This document shows positions 54,731 to 64,000 of a stretch of DNA of 64,000 nucleotides, piece by piece. A program made the translations under genes and the position numbers. The notes beneath the pieces were generated by a model. That model saw only the letters and a list, made by a program, of their open reading frames with translations, made no database searches and was not told where the DNA came from. This DNA is from Octopus sinensis (Eukaryota): positions 51,956,001-52,020,000 of the forward strand of contig NC_043002.1 in the NCBI RefSeq assembly GCF_006345805.1. The letters are read 5' to 3'. The first letter of the stretch is position 1, and every line of letters begins with the position of its first letter.

Positions 54731-56303
54731 TCCACTTCAGTCTGACATTTTCATCGTCTTCCATCAACGTTGAATTTCACCGTTTTATACTATGGGCATT
54801 TCTTTCACAATTTCGGTAATGCTTAATGACACCATACGTAAACGTTTCTTCTTTTAAAGACTCACACCATATTCTTAATTATCATGATCGTCACCCAATT
54901 TACAATTCCCAAATGGCCTTTCGTGCAATCTTCGTTTTCTCGGCATTGTAAAAACCGGATCAATACTTTTTCCTTTAAAACTAACAAATATTTGTAACCC
55001 CGGTCTAGCTTATTCTTTACAAAACCCGCCGTCATCATTGACATCGTAGATTGCATGCAAGAGATAAATATGCAATTTTCTTATTTGAGAAACCTTAATT
55101 TCCATTGTCATACTGAAGCTGTCTTTGCTTCAGATGTTCTGTTTCTTAAAACTTCAAGCTAAACTTCAAGTCGAATCTCAATGTTCAGACTACAGCCCGA
55201 TTTCTAAACACCAGTGTGTTACTTTTCTCAGTAAAACTCGATTCGAGTATTATATGAATCCCACTTTTTTTTTCTTGAAGAGTGAGGCACCCTTTCGGTC
55301 AAAACTAACCAAGCACCAATCTGCGCATCTATGCACAATCCAGGACTAGATTTAAAAAAAAAAAGATTGGAAGTTTCCCAAGCGTGCATGTTTCAGCCTT
55401 TCCATACCACATTTTATCCAATAGAAAGCGGGCCACCTTTGGGCCGATATAGCATGGTACTAAAGTTGAAACAGACGTTGCTGTTAGAATGCAAATATCC
55501 GGCGAAACCGATACAAGGCATCCCTTCCAGCCTTGTATCAGTTCCATCAAACCACTATTCTGGATAGGTACTTTATTTATCGGCCCGGAGAGAGTGAAAA
55601 GAAGAATTCACCTCGATGGGATCTGAACTCAGAGCGTAGAGATTCAGAATACTGCAAAGTTCTAAAGATTCTACCAATTTATCGCCTTATCGTGGAAACT
55701 CAACATTCCAACCACTGAGTCTCAGCGCTCCTTTTCCTCACAGCCGGAAAGGATGAAGGGCAAAATTCACCTCGATGGGATTTGAACTCGAAGCACTGAG
55801 AACTCAGAACAAATAGAGCCAGGCATTCTATTCAAAGCTTTAACGGTCTTGCCAGTTCGCCGCCTTAACCTATTTATCAAGGAACCTCAACATCTCAGCC
55901 ACTGAGCCATCACTGCTCTCTTCCTTTTCCTAATAAAACGATTGTAACTGCAACATCTAAAACACAAACAATAGGAAAATCAAAAATAACAACAAAAACA
56001 ACAACAACAACAACAGCAAAAACAAAAATATATTTATTCCATTTCGTTTATAAAATATTTAGCAATCAAATTCTGTTGTATTTATCGTCCATTTGTCTTC
56101 CGTGTGACATTGATTAAGCGGACAGATCGAACAGTCGGTCAATCGATCAGGCCAGTCAACCAATCAATCAATGAACAGTTCAAATTAATACATTAATGAA
56201 AAGCTCCAAAGAGTCAGTCAATCAGACATTGGTCATATCGATCTTCGTGGTGGGTTGAATTTGGAAGATGAGTAAAACCGACAGACTATTCTTTCTTTCT
56301 CTC

Positions 56304-56335
<32 letters not shown>

Positions 56336-56985
56336 CCTCTTGTTCCTTTTCTATTGTCCTTTCAAATTCTTTTTCACTACATACACAAACGCACGCACAC
56401 ACAAAACACACACACACGTTCCTTTTATATTGTCTTTCTAATTCTCTGTCACTCCTACACACACGCGCGCGCGCACGCATCATCCACACACATACGCCCA
56501 CACACATGCGCACAAACATATGCCCACACACATATTTACACGCACGCACATGCACACACAAGTCAATTCGCCTTACACATCCAAATACACATGATTAATT
56601 TCTACACCACATATAGATACTCTCTCACACACATACCAGTTCTCTCTCTCTCTCTCTTCTCTCTCTCTCCTCTCTCCCTTTCTATTAGTTCAATACATGT
56701 TTCTAACACATCCATTCATATATACTTCGTCGGTTTTCTTGTTAGTGTGTCTTCCCAGTCCACACACACTACACCTCTCTCTCTCTCTCTCTATTCCCTA
56801 TCTATCACCGTCTCTCTTTCTCTCCTACTCTTTCCATAGCACTATCTCTCACCCCCATACACCCACCCACGCTCACACACACACATATACACAGAAACAG
56901 ACGTAGCCCCCCCACCCACCCAAACACTGCAAACTGACACACAAACACAAACTCAAGACACCAACGAAAACCAGGGGTTAAGTGT

Positions 56986-57079
56986 TCACTTCGACTTCGG
57001 TAGGATATTCATGTATTTACAAATGATTGACAGCATCACTTCATCAGCGCCAGCTCCGATGGAAAGTAAGCGGAAGTCT
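56986..57079 (-). CDS. Acyl-CoA dehydrogenase, terminal coding exon
   Basis: Acceptor tttttctgccag, phase 2 (AG|A = Arg); encodes DFRLLSIGAGADEVMLSIICKYMNILPKSK*. Confidence 0.93.
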
Positions 57080-57534
57080 CTGGCAGAAAAATAGAATGCA
57101 TATTACATATATATACATATACATATATATATATAGTGAAAACTTGGGTTACAAAAAAAATGTTTTTAGTATAGGCCTGCATATAAATAAATTCATATAT
57201 GAGAGAGAGGGAGAGAAAGAGGTGGGGGAACAAATTAATGGATATACCACTTTTTATATTGTTACTTTTTTTTCTATTGGCAATATGACAAATTCAAAAC
57301 TGTTTTTGTCTGTATATACGTGTTCATTATGCATTATGTATGCCTTGTAATTCCTGAAGTAGCCTACTGTTGTGTTTCTTTGTATTTTTGCTGGTGTCTA
57401 TTTTTTTCTTTTTTTTTTTTTTCAGATATATATTTTCAAATAAGTTAAATTGCATGACTTATCTCATCTCCAAAGAAGACAAAATGTTGGAGCATCGATG
57501 GCTGGAGGTTCAGTCACTAAAACTACCGAATTAT

Positions 57535-57730
57535 TTAACTCTTTAACATTTAAACAATCAGGCCTTATCCAGCCCATACAGTTGACCTGTTTTATGTTCA
57601 AACTGGCCAAATCTGATCTCTCATAACTATTCTACAATGTCATTCTAAAAGTAAGCAATCACACAAGCAGGCCATATCAGGACCAAATAGTTGACCTGCA
57701 TTATGTTCAAACCGGTCAGATCTGGAGGAC
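57535..57730. repeat. Partial TTAA-type (piggyBac-like) MITE with internal duplication
   Basis: TTAACTCTTTAACATTTAAA start and a duplicated AGGCC.TATC...TTGACCTG..TTATGTTCAAAC unit; second terminus not seen. Confidence 0.4.
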
Positions 57731-58155
57731 ATTCTATCAGTCTGTTTTGTCAAACCACTAAGTTAGAGGGACATAAACACATCAATGTATACTTTGGCTT
57801 TCGTCCTTTCAGGATCGATAAATTAAGTACCAGTTGCATACTGGGGTTCATCTAATTGACTGGCCCCCTCCCCCAAAATTTCAGGCCTTGTGCCCAGAGT
57901 AGAAAATATTATTGGCACTGTTTATAGCTGCCACATTTTTGGTAAATGAGAGAATGAGAAAATGAGATTCATAAGATTCTTTATTAATCACAATGATCCC
58001 GTTACAACCTATCCTGCATTGGTCCCTCACAAGTGAGATTCTAGACAACTGCTTGAGGTGCATCCTTCAGTGCAGATGTATTTTGTCAGGTGACTTTACA
58101 AAAAGTATCTCACTCAATAAACTTGATTTCGCAAATTTTAATTAAGTACTGTATA

Positions 58156-58204
<49 letters not shown>

Positions 58205-58362
58205 ACCTGGATAATAACCTTATAGTAGGCTTTCCAAATCTCTTCTACAGATATCGGTTACCACATTCTATCATACAGCAGGGATTCTCCTTTTACTGGA
58301 TATTTATGTGGAAATCCATTAACATTTGCAGATATTTCCTGTTTTATAAATTACATATATAT

Positions 58363-58592
58363 ATATTTCTTTACTACCCACAAGGGGCAAAACAGAGGGG
58401 GACAAACAAGGACAGACAAACGGATGAAGTCGATTATATCGACCCCAGTGCGAAACTGGTACTTTATTTATCGACCCCGAGAGGATGAAAGGCAAAGTCA
58501 ACCTCGGCAGAATTTGAACTCAGAACGTAATGACAGATGAAATATGGCTACGCATTTCGCCCGGCGCGCTAACGTTTCTGCCAGCTCGCCAC
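58363..58592 (-). mobile_element. Young full-length SINE B2 in an intron
   Basis: CpGs intact; TTACATATATATATAT on both sides, consistent with a target-site duplication. Confidence 0.85.
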
Positions 58593-59090
58593 CTCAACAT
58601 TACATATATATATATATATGATCATTTTAGTGTTTACTTTTCCAAACTTGAAGAGTCAAACAGAGTTTACTGTGGTCAGATGCCTTTCCTGTCATCAACC
58701 CTTCCCTGCTTCCAAGCAAGGTGATATTTCCCTATGCCCAGACATGTTTTTTTATGTCTTTTGTAGAATAATGACTGTGTGTGTATGTGTGTGTGCGTGC
58801 GTGTGTGATTTTCTGCTTGTGTTTGTTCCCTGGCCACTGCTTGACAACTGGCATCGGGTTCTTTGTGTCTCTGGAATTTAACAGTTCGGCAAAAGAGACC
58901 AACAAAATAAGCACCAGGCTTAAAAAGAATAGCTACAGGATCAATTCAGTTGACTAAAATTCAAGGCAGTGCCCCAGTATGGCCACAGTCTAATGAATGA
59001 AACAAAAGATAAAAGATACAGACATAATTCAGATTGGAGAGAAATTAGTTCCCTCATTAGAGAAAGATCTTATGCTTAATATATATAGAC

Positions 59091-59723
59091 ATGGGCATCT
59101 GGTTAAGAAGTCTGCTTTCCAATCACATGGCTCTCATTTTCATCCCACAATGCAGTACATTAGCCACGTGGCTTCTGTTATAGCCTTGAGAATGGAATCC
59201 AAGTAACAGAAACTGTGAAGGAGCCTTTTATATGGATATGTAGAAAAGCACCTGAGACTGTGTCACGTACAAACGCACCCATGCTGGTGCCATGTAAAAG
59301 GTACTCATGCCAGTGTCACATAGAGAGCATTCATGCTGGTGCCATGTAAGAGCATCAATGCTAGAGCCATGTAAAGGTACCTGTGCTGGTGCCACATAAA
59401 GGTACCCATGTCAGTCCCATGTATAAAGGACCCATGCTGGTGCCACATATAAAGCACTAGTACCTATGTCACATATAAGGCACCAGTGCTAGTGTGACAC
59501 ATAAAACACTTGTGCTGCTTCCTCATATAAAGCACTCATATCAGTACCACATAAAAAGCACCCAATACACTCTGTAAAGTAGTAGTCTTTAGGAAGGGCA
59601 TCCAGCCATAGAAACCATGCCAAAATAGACAATTTGAACCTGGACAACTCTCCAGCTGGCCAGCTCTAGTCAAACTGTCCAACCCACGACAGCATGGAAA
59701 ATGGACGTTAAATGATGATGATG
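59091..59723 (+). mobile_element. SINE-like element with an internal roughly 24-bp minisatellite and (GAT)n tail
   Basis: Family A-like head, about 11 CATGCTGGTGCCA(C/T)(A/G)TAAA units, AGGAAGGGCATCCAGCC...GGACGTTAAATGATGATG tail. Related tails occur at about 59960-60120, 60790-60985 and 61665-61765. Confidence 0.7.
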
Positions 59724-60445
59724 TTCCTTTTCTTCAGAGATTGACTTAATCTATCACCCTGTTTAACACTACCATTTGGCCCTTGAGCACTTCTAAAAGA
59801 GTCCATTTTGTGGAAATCATTCTGGTCAGGGCTCCAGTCTAGACTGCCATTTGCAGTGGTATTCACCTGGAGTAAGTTGAGCCAGCTCTGACCAATGAGT
59901 TCACCACATCCCTCATGAATGTTGACCACATCCAACATTCAGCCATAGCATTCCAGCAGGCAAAGTAACTCTTCATCATTTAGCATTCGTTTTCCATGCT
60001 GGCATGGATTGAACAGTTTGACTGAAAACTAGAAAGCTTGGGAGCTGCACCAAGTTCCAATCTGTTTTGACATGGTTTCTACAGCTTGATTCCCTTCCTT
60101 ATGCCAACCACTTCAAAAATGCAAATTTGACAAATGCCCTATTGGGAGAGCAAGAATGTGAGATAGCATGGATGCCCTAGCTGTAGCCATCATTCGTTGT
60201 TGAGGCATAGAGTTCATGTTCAGAGTTTCAGTGGGAATATATCTAGTCTAAGGATAACCTTTGAGTCATTATTTCTTCCTTTCTTTCTCATACCAGTTTT
60301 TGAAGCCCTGATAATGAACATGGCACTACCTTCTCTCCTCTGACCAAACCATATGAAAAAACAATGCATACTGGCAATCATTTAACAATCATCATAAAGA
60401 AAGAAATAATTCTCAGAAGAAGGTTTTTGTCCTTTTTTAACTTAC

Positions 60446-60596
60446 CTATAGCAACGGCTTACAAACACTTCGTCTGTGAAGCCCATGCCACCCCAGTACT
60501 GTAAGCAGGAGTCAGATACCTCACGAGCGAGACGACCTCCTTTTAGCTTGCACATTGAAGCATACTTGGTAACGTCATTTCCAGCTATGTACAACC
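60446..60596 (-). CDS. Acyl-CoA dehydrogenase, penultimate coding exon
   Basis: ttttttcag acceptor, AG|gtaag donor, 151 nt; encodes LYIAGNDVTKYASMCKLKGGRLAREVSDSCLQYWGGMGFTDEVFVSRCYR. Confidence 0.95.
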
Positions 60597-61499
60597 CTGA
60601 AAAAAAAAAGAAAAAAGGGTGAGAGAGAGAGGATAAATTAAATAAACTATTTAGTAAAATATTCTGTAGAAAAATTCACCCAGGTTAAAGGTTATAAGGT
60701 GACTGAGTTGAAGCACTGACCCACCACCTTTTCTGTAAACCCACTCAGTCAAATGGGGGTTTTACTTTTGTGAATTACATGACAACCTCATTAGTGTTGG
60801 TGCCATGAAACAAGTACCCGAGTACACTTTGTAAAGTAGTTGGCATTAGGAAGAGTATCCAGCTGTAGAAACTATGCTGGAGAAAACATTAGAGTATGAC
60901 AAAGTTCCTTGGCTTGTTGGATTCTGTTGTACTGTCCAACCCAAGCCAGTATGGAAGACAAATGTAAAATGACAATGATGATGGTGGTGGTGGTGGTGGT
61001 GGTGGCGGCGGCAGTAGTGTGGTGGTACATGCTTTCATCACAGGAAAAGTTTTGCTCAATGCAGTGCTCCAGCATGACTTAAACACAAAAAAGACTAAAA
61101 CAATAACAAAACTTTTGTGAACACTGACTACTGATAAGTGAGTAACAAAATTCTTATTTTTTTCTTATTTATTTATTTATTTAATCTTCCCTGTTCAGTA
61201 AGTGTTATTCTCCTATTTGCTTCCATCTAGAAACCAAAGCAAATTACTACTATTCCTTCAAAGCAAAGTCTGAAGAAAATAATAGCCAGTTTTCATATTT
61301 TCTAGGGGTAAGCATATAGGAAATAACAGCTGTCCCCCTACAACAAAAATCATGTTACACAGTGATAATGAGAGGGAACAGCACTACAGCATATCTGTGA
61401 TTTATACTTTTATTTAGTTATCTCTTGGGCTTTAGGTATTTTATTTTTTACATGATTTAATATTATACCCTTATTGCATCCATATATTTTTTTCTTTTT

Positions 61500-61665
61500 A
61501 TTTCTTTTATTTGTTTCAGTTATTTGACTGTGGCCATGCTGGAGCACCACCTTTAGTCAAACAAATCGATCCCAGGACTTATTCTTTGAAAACCTGCTAC
61601 TTATTTTATCAGTCTCTTTTGCCAAATTGCTATGTTATGGGGACATAAACACACCAACATCAGTC
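61500..61665 (-). mobile_element. SINE family A 3' half, CpG-decayed
   Basis: Matches the family consensus with most CG changed to TG/CA. Confidence 0.8.
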
Positions 61666-62696
61666 GGCACCTGGGCAGCTCTTCAAGTGGCCAGCTCCTG
61701 TCAAACTGTCCAACCCATGCCAGCATGGAAAATGAATGCTAAGTGATGATGATGATGATGATGGACTAAAAATGAAAAATTCTAACAGGACTGAAGGTAC
61801 AAAAATTACGAATGTGATGTGTCTCGAATTATGACACTTAATCGTGCTTGCTCATGTTTGTCTAGTTTTAAGCAGGAAGAACATCCAGCTATGAACAGCA
61901 ATTGCTTCAACAAATAAAGCATTCTACTAATATGCAAAAATGGAAAAATACAAAAGAAACAAAGTAGAAAAATCAACAAAAGAACAAACAAACAAAACTG
62001 TTGCATCAATAGAAAAACTTGATCTATTGATTTGTTCCAGCCAGGTATGAAATGTTTTGATACAGCCATTTTGATGCCACTGATATGACATCAATGATTT
62101 GATGCTGACTTATTTGACATTAGACGTTATAATGTTTCTCTTGTTTTCCCTGCTCCCTCACTCTCTCTTTCTCTACTTCTATGTGTGAGTATCTAGTTAC
62201 ATTTGTATGTATGTGTTAATGTCTTTCTCTCTTTCTCTGATTCTATCTGTCTGTCTCAACCTTTCTCTGCTTCTGTCTGCTTGTCTCTCTCTCCCCCCTC
62301 TCTCTCTCTCACACACACACTCACTCTCTATATATGTATATTTCTGCATCTGCATGTACATGTGTGTGTGAGTGTTTACCTCCAGCGCCAAAATGTACCA
62401 TCACCAAAAAAAGGTTGAATGTCCAATCAACTGTGCCCAAGTCGTCAGTGCCCAAATATCTATGCCCAGCTATCATATTCCAGCTCCAACCACATTATAA
62501 GCAATTAGATCTGTTAATTCCCCTCCAGGTCCCCTTCTTAACTTCAGTTAAGTCTTTTTGTAGAAAAAAAAAAAAGATTGCCCAAAATCTGTTTTTTGAA
62601 GAACTATCTTCAATCAATACCAAAATATTATCACAAAGATACCATTGCAAGTGAGACAGCATTGCACCTATCCCAACTCACACCTGGGATACTTAC

Positions 62697-62858
62697 CAAC
62701 ACATTTATGAAAGAGTGCTTTGTACAATTCCATCTCTGTCGCCAGCTCAGCAAGTCTGAAGTGTACCACTTGGTGGTCAAGAACAGACTTATCAAAGATT
62801 TTCCGACCAGCTGTATACTCAATAGTTTGTTCAATTATTTTCTCCAGAGGCTTAATCA
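62697..62858 (-). CDS. Acyl-CoA dehydrogenase, internal coding exon (earlier exons lie beyond the window)
   Basis: tgtctgcag acceptor, G|gtaagt donor, 162 nt; encodes IKPLEKIIEQTIEYTAGRKIFDKSVLDHQVVHFRLAELATEMELYKALFHKCV, including the family motifs Y...R..F and Q.V.F.LAE. Confidence 0.93.
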
Positions 62859-62961
62859 CTGCAGACATAAAACAAAAAAAAAAAAAAACAAATGGTATGT
62901 TAACTCAACTCTGAAAGAGAACAATTAAACATTGGTACATTATAAATCTTTAAACTATTTA

Positions 62962-63556
62962 CAGTAAAAGTTCTCAACTATTTTTTACTTAAGGACCCCT
63001 TTGATTCCATTTAACTTGGGTGAACCCCCATAATCATTTGATCTTTTAAAAATCCTATTATATTTTTATAATTACATATTATTAGGACTTGTATAAAAAT
63101 TGTTCACATATTTTGTTAAAATTGTTGAATTATTAAAATATTGTGGACATATAACCAATTTATTGCACATAAAATTAGGGTTAGGGTTAACAAAATCTTA
63201 TATGGACTGCCAAGGGTCATGTGGACTTTAGTTGGGAACCACTAGACCAGGGGTTCTCAACCGTTTTTTATCTATGGGTCCCTTTGATTAATATTTTTAT
63301 AGATACTTCTTTCAAAATTCCATTTTTTTTTTTCAAACATTCACCTGTGTAGGTTGAACTAAGTAAAATGTTAGAGAAAGAAACCTGTTTCTTACAATAT
63401 ATACCAATACACACATGTAGAGCAAAATTTTTTTTTCTGGGGCCCTTAAAATACTATTGTGAATCTCCAACTTACTATGTTGTTATACAGAATGCCCCCC
63501 ACCAAAATCTTATATGGACCCTCAGGAGCTATATGGACCCCATTTCAGAACCACTG
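62962..63556. mobile_element. Two tandem hAT-type MITEs
   Basis: CAG..GTTCTCAAC starts and GAACCACT(A/G) ends at 62962-63244 and 63248-63556; shared CTTATATGGAC block. Confidence 0.65.
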
Positions 63557-63719
63557 GTTGACAGTTTTAACTATGTTAGCGATTTCATAGAGGAATCAGA
63601 TACGGCTAGATTTGGCTGGTTCAAACAAATAAAGGGGAATAATTTTCCGCAAGTTTTGGCCAGTCTAAACACTAATGGGTTAAACACTGTTATTCTCATA
63701 ACTTGCTTAAAATCAAAGT

Positions 63720-63925
63720 TCAAGACAGCGACAAGATAGCAGAATTGTTAGAATGTTAGGCATTTGTCTTTATGTTCTGAATTCAAAATTCCACTGAGGT
63801 CAACTTTGCCAGTCATCATTTCAGGGTTGATAAAATAAGTACCAGTTGAGTACTGGGTCAAAGTAATTGACTTATCTAAGCCCTGCGAGCTTGTTGGTCT
63901 TGTACCAAAATTTGAAACCAATATC
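63720..63925 (+). mobile_element. SINE family B, CpG-decayed
   Basis: Core GAGGTCAACTTTGCC..CATCATTTCAGGGTTGATAAAATAAGTACCAG. Confidence 0.75.
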
Positions 63926-64000
63926 AAAATTCAAGTTATTCCTTCTTTGGGCACCTGAAAACAAAAGTTTCACAGAAAGTAGTTCTAGATAGAAATGTCA

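Noticed and set aside
59270-59560. About 24-bp repeats as a CRISPR array
   Set aside because: Contiguous degenerate tandem units without spacers
63175-63186. (TTAGGG)2 as an interstitial telomere
   Set aside because: Only two units, inside a MITE; expected by chance or as part of the element
63925-63960. Possible further acyl-CoA dehydrogenase exon after a ttttcag acceptor
   Set aside because: Frames stop quickly or lack the expected FQxER-type sequence, and no suitable donor is seen

Overview
AT-rich, microsatellite-saturated animal genomic DNA. The repeat families look like those of Octopus (inference from recalled repeat motifs, not a database search). The only confidently identified host gene is at the right end: the last three coding exons of an acyl-CoA dehydrogenase on the minus strand (62697-62858, 60446-60596, 56986-57079), with consistent GT-AG sites and intron phases. 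The rest is mostly mobile DNA: several tRNA-derived SINE families, two non-autonomous Helitrons, a DD37D Tc1/mariner deletion derivative, other mariner/pogo/hAT MITEs, R4/Dong-like LINE fragments, Penelope-like GIY-YIG fragments and a young 5'-truncated Tx1-clade LINE. Main observations: (1) the Tx1 LINE sits inside a (GATA/GACA)n microsatellite; (2) its last 46 nt match the 3' tail of one SINE subfamily at 35/46 positions, suggesting a LINE-SINE partnership; (3) two R4/Dong-like LINEs and a SINE array share a (TAA)n island; (4) a perfect 250-bp palindrome with an exact partial tandem copy lies inside a SINE-internal (TA)n tract; (5) CpG loss begins sharply inside the acyl-CoA dehydrogenase gene body. 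Most long ORFs in the track are translations of microsatellites. All alignments and counts were done by eye.
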